Virus record (IMG/VR): IMGVR_UViG_3300042298_003052
Span: 64,001 to 128,000 of that record
DNA: 64,000 bases
From: a virus
Direction: 5' to 3' (one strand)
Positions 27,103 through 36,925 of this stretch are shown in pieces; position 1 is the first letter of the stretch; the number at the start of each line of letters is the position of its first letter. A program made the translations under genes and the position numbers. The notes below the pieces were generated by a model. It searched no databases and had not been told where the DNA came from. It saw only the letters and a program-made list of their open reading frames with translations.

Positions 27103-29709
27103 TCACAGTTCGTTTGATTCGCTGTTGTCTCCAAAGTATACAATCTCAACGTCGGTTTCTTTATAGGAAGGAATAGGATATCCACTGTAAAGATAAACCG
27201 TACAATCGTTTCTAAGAATACGAGATCGTCCGATCGCTTGAATAAGATTAGATTCGATTAATGCACATTGAATAGCTTGAAGGTTTGGATCTTCAAATGT
27301 GTTTAATTTGAATCTATATCCGTTTCGATTGATCACAAGAGTCGTGGTATTAACATGGTCCGCCGTCAAATAGTCTAAACCCATTGCAGCAGCAATAATG
27401 AAAACCTGATTGGGAGAAGGATAGGGAGTGCCTACCACGTTGATACTATTTCCATTCAAAGAATCATATCCTGCACAATTACCGAAATAGGAGTCAGCAG
27501 GATTCTTAAATTTATGTCTAAAATCTTTGAATGTGATAGTAGGTAAATCTCCGGCTTTATCAACCACTTTGTTTATGGTATTGGGAACATTTAGACTAGA
27601 TTTGCTACAGGAGTTAGACATATCCTGGACCAAGTTGCCTACAGGCACGACATTGGAAATATCGATAAATTCTAAGCGATCGCCAAATAGTTCGCGATAA
27701 ATATGTTCATCAGCGGTAGCGGAAAGAATAATAATTTTGCGATCTGTAGGAATATCTTTCTTATGGGCATAGTGCATCTTACCTTCAAACTTGTCATCAT
27801 TAACGTAGAAGCCCTTCATACGGAACAGATCTAAAATGTTGCCTGAGAAGTGTCCAGAAGGGGCAGCAGCAACTAAACTAATCAACTCGCTTAGTGTATC
27901 ACTCAGATTGACTCTGATGGTCTCAACGGTCTTCAGGCGCTTGTTAATGTACGTTTGATATTCCTTGATTACAGGGAGAAAATCTCTTTTAAGTTGTTGA
28001 GAACCTTCAGTGTCCACCAAGTTCTCAAGTCGATAAAGATCTTCACGGGTTACATAATGAGAAGGAATAATGACATTTAAAATATCTTCATCACAGATAA
28101 TAGTTTTACAATGACCAAAAGGATATTTACCGTCTTTTTGATTCTTCGTGAACATCTTAGCGTGGGTAGTCCACACAGATTTGTGATTTTGTCCATAGGT
28201 CAGACTATTGGCCTGAAAATACAAATCCAAAGCGTTTAAGACTTCAGGACTGTTAGAGGTATCCTTTCTAAGCGCTGCGATCTTATTTTGAGCAACTTGG
28301 TAAAGACCGACAGAATAATAATACTCAAGCTCTGAGGCAAGATCTTCAGGGATACAATCAGGTAGTTTAGGAGTAACGTATACAGGTAAATTGAACAAAA
28401 TACTGTTCCGTTTGATTGGTTCGATCGCTAAAAGATCATCAAACGAAGGAATACCAATCTTTTTACCTAATTCATCTTTAAGAGCATGAGTAGGAAAAGC
28501 ATAAGCTACAGGTTCATGAGTATCGTTGAAAGAATCTATTAACAATGTGCTCTTGCCTAATCCAGTAGCACAATTGAAAACATAAACTTTAGTGTCATTA
28601 GATTCACAAGCCTTCAAAAATTCATGTTTCATTTTTCTTTCTGCATCCTTTAATTGAAACGCCTTTCTTACATAGTTTGCCACAGGAACAGGTTCGGAGT
28701 ACTGATTTGAGTAGGTAGCCTGAAGAATATTCTTATATTCCCAATCTTCCTCAAAAGGACTAAAATTCTCTAAGCGAGAAGGATTATAATCACGACCCTT
28801 GATAGAAGAGAGAACTGCATAATGTTTACTCTCATAGGTACCAGTGGCATCCATCACCTGTCTCATCCACACTATACCACCTTCAATACACTGAAGATTG
28901 GTAGCAATACCAAATAGTTCGGGATAGGTTAGACGCGCTCCAGCATTATACTCCTCCGTCGAACGAATGAATCCGCCCATCTTAAAACTCTTTAATATTG
29001 TGAGCTTATCAGATAATTCTCCAAAGTCAACGCCTCTAATAAGTTCGATATCGGCTTCAGTATGTTGAAATTGTAAAAGTTCTGCGATCGTATCTTTAGA
29101 GACTCTGTTCTTAGCCTTCGTTGAATGTCCACTGATAGCAACTTGATGATTACGCGCAGCAGCTTCAAGTTCAGTATATGTTAAGGAACGAGAATCAAAA
29201 TTGGGATATAGTATCTCTTTACCACCATAATACCAACGATTACAGTTTGAACACTGCTTATCAGATTCAGGAAACAAGAATTTAGCCAGTAAAAATTGGA
29301 TAGAATCAGCCACTTCCATAGATGTAGCGGCATCACCTAAATCGAAAATGATCCTAAATCTTGGATCGCTACCAGTATGAGAGAACGTACTATAAAAGAA
29401 TTTCCAAGGAAGATGATAAAAGTCAAGTCTCTCTTTGAATATATCAGCAGGTAACTTACACTCGAAATCGACTTCAAAAATTCGTTGATACAACCAGTTG
29501 TCTTTCTCACATCCTTTGCCGTCAGTGATCATAGGTAAAACACTATGTCCCTCAACGATGAGATCAGCTAATTCTTCCCAACTCTTTTCAACCTCATAAT
29601 TGAATATTCTTTTTGCGATCGCAGGTGCAGGAGATCCTTTTCCCTTCCCTTTAGGAGGACGATCGCTGAATTTCTGAGGGTCTACACAAAATCTAACTCT
29701 GTCTTTCAT
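27103..29709 (-). CDS. Primase-helicase fusion (AEP-like N-terminus, SF2-like C-terminus)
   Basis: VDFE, YSTFSH..PRFRIIF; ATGLGKST, ICDED, LSATAD, QAIGRSR. Confidence 0.75.
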   Translation of the reverse strand: MKDRVRFCVDPQKFSDRPPKGKGKGSPAPAIAKRIFNYEVEKSWEELADLIVEGHSVLPMITDGKGCEKDNWLYQRIFEVDFECKLPADIFKERLDFYHLPWKFFYSTFSHTGSDPRFRIIFDLGDAATSMEVADSIQFLLAKFLFPESDKQCSNCNRWYYGGKEILYPNFDSRSLTYTELEAAARNHQVAISGHSTKAKNRVSKDTIAELLQFQHTEADIELIRGVDFGELSDKLTILKSFKMGGFIRSTEEYNAGARLTYPELFGIATNLQCIEGGIVWMRQVMDATGTYESKHYAVLSSIKGRDYNPSRLENFSPFEEDWEYKNILQATYSNQYSEPVPVANYVRKAFQLKDAERKMKHEFLKACESNDTKVYVFNCATGLGKSTLLIDSFNDTHEPVAYAFPTHALKDELGKKIGIPSFDDLLAIEPIKRNSILFNLPVYVTPKLPDCIPEDLASELEYYYSVGLYQVAQNKIAALRKDTSNSPEVLNALDLYFQANSLTYGQNHKSVWTTHAKMFTKNQKDGKYPFGHCKTIICDEDILNVIIPSHYVTREDLYRLENLVDTEGSQQLKRDFLPVIKEYQTYINKRLKTVETIRVNLSDTLSELISLVAAAPSGHFSGNILDLFRMKGFYVNDDKFEGKMHYAHKKDIPTDRKIIILSATADEHIYRELFGDRLEFIDISNVVPVGNLVQDMSNSCSKSSLNVPNTINKVVDKAGDLPTITFKDFRHKFKNPADSYFGNCAGYDSLNGNSINVVGTPYPSPNQVFIIAAAMGLDYLTADHVNTTTLVINRNGYRFKLNTFEDPNLQAIQCALIESNLIQAIGRSRILRNDCTVYLYSGYPIPSYKETDVEIVYFGDNSESNEL

Positions 29710-29741
29710 AATTATATGGATCCAATGTGTTCTATTGATAA

Positions 29742-29951
29742 TTAACTATTTGCTTCTCTCTCTTTAACCAAATCCAATCCCATACGAATAACGTTAGCCA
29801 TTGTGCAACCCATCTTTACTGACAGATCATATAGTTCTTGTTTTTCGGCTTCAGTCATCAAAAGCGGATAGGTGACTTTAGGTGTTTTCTCTGAAAAAGT
29901 ACGATACGCACCTCTTTTCATCTCTCTCATGACTTGTTTCATCTGAATCAC
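29742..29951 (-). CDS. Ribbon-helix-helix (CopG-like) protein
   Basis: YPLLMTEAEKQELYDLS..TMANVIRMGL. Confidence 0.65.
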   Translation of the reverse strand: MIQMKQVMREMKRGAYRTFSEKTPKVTYPLLMTEAEKQELYDLSVKMGCTMANVIRMGLDLVKEREANS

Positions 29952-30051
29952 CTTGAATTAAGTGTATTAGTAACTCATTATAAACGATTATTCACTTTTG
30001 AGTACATAAAATACATGGTGTATTAACCGATCAGTATATTATCAAAAGATC

Positions 30052-30244
30052 CCCCCAATCATCCAAGATGCCAGAAGCGCACCTGATCTCTAGTTTTGAA
30101 AGAACATACAAGTGCGATCGCGTTATTAAGATCGAAAATGGACAAAAAAACGCAGTTACTATATATACTATAGCGATCGCGTTTTTTTGTCCAAATCGAG
30201 AGTAAAAGGCGAGGGCTCTCTCTGGCATCTTGGATGATTGGGGG
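30052..30244. repeat. 24-bp perfect inverted repeat with nested IR; candidate replication origin
   Basis: cccccaatcatccaagatgccaga (30052) / tctggcatcttggatgattggggg (30221); lies at the strand switch next to primase-helicase. Confidence 0.6.
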
Positions 30245-30619
30245 TATTAAGTATATATACCTACACATATATCAACATTTACAGGTTAAAAACGCACTGT
30301 TTTTACGATTTCACACGATTTTATAGGTACCCACGATTTTCTTCAATTTTGAAAAGGATAAGGCTCAAACCCATGTACATCAATAGTTATAGCGATCAGA
30401 GAATGCGAGAAAGAATCAAGGGATACTTATAATGGGGGACGTTGAAACCATTGATATATATGGATCATAGTGATTTAACAGAAAAGAGTGAAAAACGATA
30501 GAAAATTAATACTCAACTCGCTGAGACCCGCATTCTCTCGTTAAAGAAAAACCACATTTTGATAAAAATTAATGTCTATAAGAATCACAGGTAAAAAAGA
30601 GTTATCGTTCATCCTTTTC

Positions 30620-30670
30620 CATTTTGACTAATCGATTGGACCAAATTGACCTGATCGATTGGTCAAAATG
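30620..30670. repeat. Iteron-like palindromic repeat related to the 58217 array
   Basis: cattttgactaatcgattggaccaaattgacctgatcgattggtcaaaatg. Confidence 0.6.
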
Positions 30671-30798
30671 AAATTCACTCAAATTAGACGATCTGAGTAC
30701 ATATACTCATATCTGATCAAAACGATCGCGATCGTTCCTTCTCTATACACCTCACCATTTTCGTGCTATGATGAGATCGTCTATGCAAACAACCTAAG

Positions 30799-31155
30799 AT
30801 GGATATATCTAAAGTACTTCGACTACCATGTGTGGCTCAACATGAGCTATACGATGTTCCTGAAGATTTTGATCATCTAACTGAAATACTAGAAGATGTA
30901 TTTGACTTTGTAGAAACAGAAGATGACTATGAATGTTTCTTCCCTGTAGGTGCTCCTATTCTCTCATCTAATGATGTCATTGGAGCAGAAGAGAATGAGT
31001 TAGTAGATGGAGAAACCCTCCTAGCCCAGACATACGGCCTTGTAACGTGCCTCAGCGAAGATCCCGTACTGTTTATGGTAGAATGCGATCAATGTACCGA
31101 TTACGGCCTTGTGGATGGGCTGGTGCTCAATGTGTATAGAGAGTTTCGTTCTTAA
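30799..31155 (+). CDS. Acidic hypothetical protein
   Basis: ORF track. Confidence 0.55.
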   Translation: MDISKVLRLPCVAQHELYDVPEDFDHLTEILEDVFDFVETEDDYECFFPVGAPILSSNDVIGAEENELVDGETLLAQTYGLVTCLSEDPVLFMVECDQCTDYGLVDGLVLNVYREFRS

Positions 31156-31218
31156 CGATCCTCGACAACTATCCATCGACGACATATAATGACCACATAC
31201 AACCAAAAGGAGACCACC

Positions 31219-31650
31219 ATGAGTCCACTAGCAGAGCAATTAAACGAGTTACAAGAACTCTTGTTTAAGTTCCCACTGGATTATATACGCCTTACCCAAG
31301 ACGCGGATCAACAGAAACTTATTAACGAGGAACAGAGACTTGTTAGCGATCATACCGAACTCTTACTGAGATTCCTGTCCTGTCTATCGCAAACTGAGAT
31401 CAGAACACACGAAGCCATCTTAAATAATTCCAAGTTCAAGGAAGGTGATCTAGTTAAAGTATATTCACCACCTGTACAAGGATATGGGTCAATTGTGGAG
31501 GTGTGTTTGCAACATCGAGAACCAGATCTTTCTAGTGTGGGCGTATATTATGAAGTGGTCTTAACACGCGATCTTTGTAATGAACCATTAATCGATGAAC
31601 TCTTCTATGTCGAAGAGAAGTATATTTCCCTAGTTAAAGAACACGTCTAA
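31219..31650 (+). CDS. Hypothetical protein
   Basis: AAGGAG RBS before MSPLA. Confidence 0.65.
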   Translation: MSPLAEQLNELQELLFKFPLDYIRLTQDADQQKLINEEQRLVSDHTELLLRFLSCLSQTEIRTHEAILNNSKFKEGDLVKVYSPPVQGYGSIVEVCLQHREPDLSSVGVYYEVVLTRDLCNEPLIDELFYVEEKYISLVKEHV

Positions 31651-31690
31651 TTCTTTAATAACGTAAATATCTAAAAAAGGAGAATTCACC

Positions 31691-32044
31691 ATGGATTTTG
31701 AACAGTACAAGACTTTAACCGATACGCTTTTAGACGAATACACAATGCCATTGGTAAGAGAATTGTCGTATCTTCGTGAGAGAAAGATCGCACTTAAGAA
31801 TCATCTGTACGATATCGAAGCTGCGATCGTTGAAAACAAAACCGCTTATTATAACGCTAAAGACAAAGCCCACGCTGAAGTACACATAAAATTCAAGTTT
31901 GATGTTTTCAGAGAGCTACCAAAGATCGCAGATCATCCAGAACGAGAAGAATTGTTTTCTCTAGCCTGGGATGAATGTGATGGCAATAGAGAAAAGGTTT
32001 TTGAAAAATTAGAAGAATTGTCAGATCTTTTTCTTAACGTCTAA
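31691..32044 (+). CDS. Hypothetical coiled-coil protein
   Basis: AAGGAG RBS. Confidence 0.65.
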   Translation: MDFEQYKTLTDTLLDEYTMPLVRELSYLRERKIALKNHLYDIEAAIVENKTAYYNAKDKAHAEVHIKFKFDVFRELPKIADHPEREELFSLAWDECDGNREKVFEKLEELSDLFLNV

Positions 32045-32052
32045 CCAAAGGA

Positions 32053-32370
32053 GTGTCTTTGATGTCTAGTCGCGGACTCAATGTTTGTACATTGGCTGGT
32101 AGTGTTATCTCTATTGATACTAGAACTAGCGATCACGTCGAAATTGTTATCGATGTGGACAACAGACACAAAGAAGGTTCCTTTGTCGTGAGGGTTATAA
32201 TCTGGAACGATTCTCTTGCATCACACACGGTCCCTCATATTAGAGAAGGATCACTGATTATTGTCACTGGTTTTATCGAACCTTCGCCTTATATCAGCGA
32301 ATACGATGATCAGCCTTACGCCGGTCTACGACTTACAGCAACCGATATCGTCCTCGACATAAAGGGATAA
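32053..32370 (+). CDS. ssb: Single-stranded DNA-binding protein
   Basis: NVCTLAG..VIIWNDSLA..HIREGSLIIVTG OB-fold pattern; lacks acidic tail. Confidence 0.75.
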   Translation: MSLMSSRGLNVCTLAGSVISIDTRTSDHVEIVIDVDNRHKEGSFVVRVIIWNDSLASHTVPHIREGSLIIVTGFIEPSPYISEYDDQPYAGLRLTATDIVLDIKG

Positions 32371-32377
32371 ACCAACA

Positions 32378-32626
32378 ATGAAATATGAACAACTATTGAC
32401 AGAAATCATTGATGTTCTAATTACAGATCGCTTCAAAGAGCACGATGACGTTCCTCCTGAAACGATCGCACAGGCTAAACAGATCATGTTTGATACGTTC
32501 TCGCCAACATGGGATATCTGTGTTAACGCCGCTATTGAACAAGGATATACAGAAGAGTCTCTTAAAACTTTCGCTGTGCAAGTGTTTAACAGATTGGATC
32601 TAGAACGGATGGCACATCTTAATTGA
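32378..32626 (+). CDS. Hypothetical protein
   Basis: ORF track; operon. Confidence 0.55.
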   Translation: MKYEQLLTEIIDVLITDRFKEHDDVPPETIAQAKQIMFDTFSPTWDICVNAAIEQGYTEESLKTFAVQVFNRLDLERMAHLN

Positions 32627-32635
32627 GATGTTACT

Positions 32636-32917
32636 TTATACAATTATAAAATCTAACCGTTTCAAAGTGTCCATGAAATCAGTTAATGTGCGATCTTTCA
32701 AAACGAACCATTCGCCTTTAATTTTGTTTTGTCGATATTTGTATTTCAATCGTTTCTCTAAATATAAACCATCGATTGCACAATTAAAGGCGAATAACAC
32801 TAGATCCTTATCATTTCCTGTTTGTAGATTTTGTAATCTTTTTTTGAACCCGCTCTCTGTAGTTTTTCCTACCTTGTAGCGATCGTCCCCTGTAGTTAGT
32901 ACATATACGATGTCCAT
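32636..32917 (-). CDS. GIY-YIG-like (T5orf172/MUG113) protein
   Basis: VYVL..YKVGKT..KRLQNLQTGN..LEKRL..GEWF. Confidence 0.8.
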   Translation of the reverse strand: MDIVYVLTTGDDRYKVGKTTESGFKKRLQNLQTGNDKDLVLFAFNCAIDGLYLEKRLKYKYRQNKIKGEWFVLKDRTLTDFMDTLKRLDFIIV

Positions 32918-32950
32918 AGTTTATCACTAATACTTAGAGGAATAGTACCA

Positions 32951-33340
32951 ATGGCTATCGAGTGTTACATTGCCGGTTGTAATATAGACGAATGCAAAGC
33001 TTTACGCGATCTGTTAGTCGAAAAAGGATATGAAATTACGGCAAAGTGGTTAGATGAACCTTTTCGTCGTACACTGACGTATAGTGTAGAAGATCGTCAT
33101 CGTATAGCTAATATGGATAGAGACGATGTTCTGAGATCTGATCTTTTAATTCACTTGGCTACAGATCGCTATATCCCTGGTGGCAAGTTTGTTGAAGTTG
33201 GTATCGCCATAGGTGCTAACATTCCGGTCATCAACGTAGGTCACCAAGAAAATATGTTGATGTGGTGTGATTCTGTTGAAACCGTTGCTACACAAGAAGA
33301 AGCGATCCTTCTGTTAGAAAGACGAATCCTAGGATTGTAG
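32951..33340 (+). CDS. Nucleoside 2-deoxyribosyltransferase/NMP N-glycosidase-like protein
   Basis: YIAG, D..DV..SDLLI, GGKFVEVGIAIG. Confidence 0.7.
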   Translation: MAIECYIAGCNIDECKALRDLLVEKGYEITAKWLDEPFRRTLTYSVEDRHRIANMDRDDVLRSDLLIHLATDRYIPGGKFVEVGIAIGANIPVINVGHQENMLMWCDSVETVATQEEAILLLERRILGL

Positions 33341-33679
33341 AAGGGTACTACCATATTTTCTTTTGATTGGATTAACTCTGTGTTGTATCGAAGTGATAAA
33401 AATGTTTGATATTATTGAGATATTGATGCGTCAACCTAGCAAGCTTGCAAAAGTCGTAACAGCAATTGATGAGTCTGTTAGTACCTCAATGCTTTACGGG
33501 GACTATAGTTACATACAAACCACTGTACCAAAAGTCGTAGAAAAATTAGAAGAAAAAGACTACTCTATGCTGTTGCGTGTTCTCATGTACAAAACTAAGA
33601 GAGATAAAACCTCAGCAGCCACACCTTTTTATGAAGAAGCGATCCTTCTGTTAGAAAGACGAATCCTAGAATTGTAGAA
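33296..33679 (+). repeat. 47-bp direct repeat (1 mismatch) at 33296..33342 and 33633..33679
   Basis: gaagaagcgatccttctgttagaaagacgaatcctagRattgtagaa. Confidence 0.9.
33402..33677 (+). CDS. Hypothetical protein sharing its C-terminus with the upstream gene
   Basis: Both end EEAILLLERRILxL. Confidence 0.55.
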   Translation: MFDIIEILMRQPSKLAKVVTAIDESVSTSMLYGDYSYIQTTVPKVVEKLEEKDYSMLLRVLMYKTKRDKTSAATPFYEEAILLLERRILEL

Positions 33680-33710
33680 TTGCTAACTGCTCTCGGTTGG
33701 GAATAAGTAT

Positions 33711-34994
33711 GTGATATATCATAAAGATCTGACCATGCAGATTGAAGGCAAACAGGTTCCTTCAGGCAGGGTTCGGGTTAGTGGAGCAAAAAACGCTGCC
33801 ACCCGCCTGATGGCAGCATCAATGCTTACGGACGAAACCATTAACCTACTTAACTTCCCAACCCAACTACTTGATGTTCAATACAAGGCAAGGTTTATCG
33901 AGTTAATGGGGGGAAAGGTCAGCCTTGATTCGACTGCATCCTTCAATTGTTCCAATCTAAAACCCCAGGAATTAGAAGACTATAGATTTCCTATTAGAAC
34001 GACCTATTTATTAGCCGCCGGTCAATTAATTCGAGAAGGAAACGCCTATATCCCCTATCCAGGGGGATGTAATATTGGTAGTCGCAAGTATGACTTACAC
34101 ATAATGATCTGGCACTCCTTAGGGTGTCAGGTAGAAGAAAAGCCAGATCATATTAGGGTTAGTGGTCAGCTCGTCGGCGGTGACATTCATTTCCCCATAT
34201 CCACCGTGGGAGGCACAGAGAATGCCATATTATGTGCTGTAGTTGCTAGGGGAACTACAAGAATCTACAATGCCTATGTCACCCCCGAAATCGAAAACCT
34301 GATTAACTTACTCATCTTAATGGGGGCGCAAATATCGGTAAGTGGCACCAGTCTAATCGAGATTCAGGGGGTTAGGCAGCTAAGGGGAGCAACGATTCCT
34401 ATCATTCCTGATCGCATTGAAGCTTTAACCTGGATTATCCTATCTGCGATCTCTGGTGGTAATGTTCTAGTTGAGAATGTTCCCTTCAATCTAATGGAAA
34501 TTCCCTTAGTCTACCTCCGTAGAATAGGGCTTGATTTCTTCCAAAACTCTAATTCGGTTTGGGTTTCGCCACAGTCAATCGCTCCCTCCGGATTACAGCC
34601 CTTTGAAGTAGCCTGTGGTACTCACCCCGGCATCATATCCGATATGCAACCTTTTTATGTGCTTCTAGCTTTGTATGCTAAGGGTAGAAGTCTAATCCTT
34701 GACTATCGCTATCCAGAGCGCACTACCTACCTTGAGGAATTATCTAGATTTTACCCTAATTGTATAACCTGGAACTCAGGAAAAATCATCGTCAATGGAT
34801 GTCAACGCTCAGGTTCGGCAGTGGTAACATCAACGGACTTGCGAGGTAGTATGGCCTTGGTGATGGCAGCAATTATCAATCATGGACCTAGTCAAGTCAG
34901 GAAGGTAAATATGGCCCTACGAGGCTATGATCAACTACAAACAAAACTTGGAGGGCTAGGCATAGTTCATAGCATTAACAAAGACGATGAGTGA
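33711..34994 (+). CDS. murA: UDP-N-acetylglucosamine 1-carboxyvinyltransferase (MurA-like)
   Basis: GAKNAA, PGGCNIGSR, TVGGTEN, PDRIEA, SDMQP, TDLRG, RGYD. Confidence 0.9.
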   Translation: MIYHKDLTMQIEGKQVPSGRVRVSGAKNAATRLMAASMLTDETINLLNFPTQLLDVQYKARFIELMGGKVSLDSTASFNCSNLKPQELEDYRFPIRTTYLLAAGQLIREGNAYIPYPGGCNIGSRKYDLHIMIWHSLGCQVEEKPDHIRVSGQLVGGDIHFPISTVGGTENAILCAVVARGTTRIYNAYVTPEIENLINLLILMGAQISVSGTSLIEIQGVRQLRGATIPIIPDRIEALTWIILSAISGGNVLVENVPFNLMEIPLVYLRRIGLDFFQNSNSVWVSPQSIAPSGLQPFEVACGTHPGIISDMQPFYVLLALYAKGRSLILDYRYPERTTYLEELSRFYPNCITWNSGKIIVNGCQRSGSAVVTSTDLRGSMALVMAAIINHGPSQVRKVNMALRGYDQLQTKLGGLGIVHSINKDDE

Positions 34995-35856
34995 TTTAAT
35001 TAGTATTGTAACGGGCTTCTATAATCGCGGCAACCTTGTTAGAACCTCTATCGGCAGCCTATTAAGACAAACCTACACAAACCTTGAGATCATTGCCTTC
35101 GATGATTGTTCAACGGACCATACCTACGAAGAGTTACTAAAGTTTCAAGATCCACGACTTAGAGTAATTCGTCATTCCATAAACATTGGTTTTGTTAATG
35201 GATTACTCAACGCCATTGAACAATCATCTGGTGACTATATTGCCATCCATGGTTCAGGAGATATTTCCTATCCAACACGATTGGAAAAACAATATAGACT
35301 TCTAAAGGACGATCGCGATCTTAGTGCTGTGGGTTGTAATGTTTTCGATTGTGATATGTCTCATGGAGGTAATATATATCGACGTACTAGAGTATGCGAT
35401 CATCCTGATAACTTTCAATATTCATTAATCAACGGTCGTAATTGCTTCACTGGTGGAGAAGTAATGATAAGAAAATATCACTACGATCGCATTGGTGGTT
35501 ATCGAAAAGCTTTTTATTATGCCCAGGATAGAGATCTATGGCTTAGACTGATAGAAATATCCAAACTGGGTTTTGTTGATGAAGTTCTATATAAAAGGTT
35601 ATTTATATCTAACAGCATACGATTTAACATTGATAAAATACTGATACAAAGAAGATATTCAGAATTGGCTAGACAATGTGCCGAGATGAGACTGGATAAT
35701 CAATGTGATCTAGTTGATCTGTACGGCCAAAATGCGATCAACTTTTTAAGCAAATCTAAAAGATTGTCAGAGTTTTACAAAAACCTCTTTGAAACATACC
35801 AATATAGAGACACGGTTTTTGCAAACAGATGCTATGATCTATACATCGATTCTTAA
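34987..35856 (+). CDS. Glycosyltransferase family 2
   Basis: ISIV..YN, SLLRQTYTNLEII.FDDCSTD, N.G, QDRDLWLR; overlaps murA end. Confidence 0.9.
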   Translation: MSDLISIVTGFYNRGNLVRTSIGSLLRQTYTNLEIIAFDDCSTDHTYEELLKFQDPRLRVIRHSINIGFVNGLLNAIEQSSGDYIAIHGSGDISYPTRLEKQYRLLKDDRDLSAVGCNVFDCDMSHGGNIYRRTRVCDHPDNFQYSLINGRNCFTGGEVMIRKYHYDRIGGYRKAFYYAQDRDLWLRLIEISKLGFVDEVLYKRLFISNSIRFNIDKILIQRRYSELARQCAEMRLDNQCDLVDLYGQNAINFLSKSKRLSEFYKNLFETYQYRDTVFANRCYDLYIDS

Positions 35857-35870
35857 AGGACATAAAATAA

Positions 35871-36050
35871 ATGTTTGACAATCAAATCAATGAAGTATCT
35901 AGAGAAGAAATTATCGCTGCTCTTTTAGATGTTACTGATGGTGTATACGATGCTTTTGAACTATCCCACAAAACAGGATTACCCTTAGAACGATCGCAAG
36001 AAATAATCGATGTAAGAGACAAATGTCTTTCTAACAAAGTTTTACAATAG
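35871..36050 (+). CDS. Small hypothetical protein (59 aa)
   Basis: AAGGA RBS; MFDNQINEVS.. Confidence 0.5.
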   Translation: MFDNQINEVSREEIIAALLDVTDGVYDAFELSHKTGLPLERSQEIIDVRDKCLSNKVLQ

Positions 36051-36090
36051 CAGAAGGAGGATCGCACGAAATATGCGATCCTCCTTCTGC
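36050..36090. terminator. Hairpin between convergent genes
   Basis: gcagaaggaggatcgca/tgcgatcctccttctgc 17-bp arms. Confidence 0.7.
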
Positions 36091-36365
36091 TATTGGCTTG
36101 ATTTTACTAAAGCTTCTATACGTCTACTTAAGTGAATTATATCACCCAGACATTCATCTAGTCTTTTATCGTTTAACCTCTCTCTTACTTTATCTAACTT
36201 ATCAAGGGTAATGGTATGTCTCTCACCCCCAAGGAGCTTGTAAAAACCTTGTCTACTCATTAAACCTTCACATATCTCCGATATATTAGGATCATTGTCC
36301 CAGATGATATTTTTTACAACCTGTAAGAAATTCTCCGGTAACTCCATTTCGATAACAACCCTCAT
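36090..36365 (-). CDS. Small HTH (Cro/CI-like) regulator
   Basis: GAGGAG RBS; ISEICEGLMSRQGFYKLLGGERHTITLDKLDKV; divergent from early genes. Confidence 0.65.
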   Translation of the reverse strand: MRVVIEMELPENFLQVVKNIIWDNDPNISEICEGLMSRQGFYKLLGGERHTITLDKLDKVRERLNDKRLDECLGDIIHLSRRIEALVKSSQ

Positions 36366-36443
36366 AGCATCTCCTCTAATAAACTGATAACAGTGTAGCA
36401 CAAAGGTGACACTTATGCTATAGTGGATGAAAAGGAGGATCAC

Positions 36444-36740
36444 ATGGAACGCACAATGCTATACCAGTTCAGATCTTTTGAAAAGCGCGATATATGGTTG
36501 AAGAACATTCCCATACGATCGCTGTCAGAAAAAGATCGCTATAGTACACTATATACCTGGAAGATCCGCAATCTTACGGTATTCGGTGTCCTTTTATCCA
36601 AGTATGAAGCGCCTCTCATTGAAGTATTTGAGAGTACGATTATAGAGATAAAGGAGAAGGAAGGTACCGTACACCTAGAAGAAATCGATATCCCATTCAG
36701 CGCTGATTGCATACTACTACACGAACACCTAAACCTATGA
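36444..36740 (+). CDS. Hypothetical protein
   Basis: AAGGAGG RBS. Confidence 0.6.
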   Translation: MERTMLYQFRSFEKRDIWLKNIPIRSLSEKDRYSTLYTWKIRNLTVFGVLLSKYEAPLIEVFESTIIEIKEKEGTVHLEEIDIPFSADCILLHEHLNL

Positions 36741-36925
36741 TAGTCTCATATACCGTAGAGAACTGGATCTCACAAGAACCTAAAACCTTAGACGTTGATC
36801 GCAACGAAGCGATCGAACTTCAATGTGCTAAAGATTTTGCCTCAACTAATGGTTATCTATGGCCACTCACGTTTAATATCTTTGTTGATGGCGATCTTCT
36901 GAAGTCAACCACGGTGGTTCTATGA
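36737..36925 (+). CDS. Hypothetical protein
   Basis: ATGA overlaps on both sides. Confidence 0.55.
   Translation: MIVSYTVENWISQEPKTLDVDRNEAIELQCAKDFASTNGYLWPLTFNIFVDGDLLKSTTVVL

Noticed and set aside
30031-30880. Short ORFs in the 30-kb divergent gap
   Set aside because: They overlap inverted repeats, lack an RBS and have non-protein-like composition; treated as non-coding.
33711-35856. murA-GT2 as host chromosome or prophage boundary
   Set aside because: Flanked on both sides by co-oriented phage-type small ORFs with no other housekeeping genes; read-level confirmation is still advisable.
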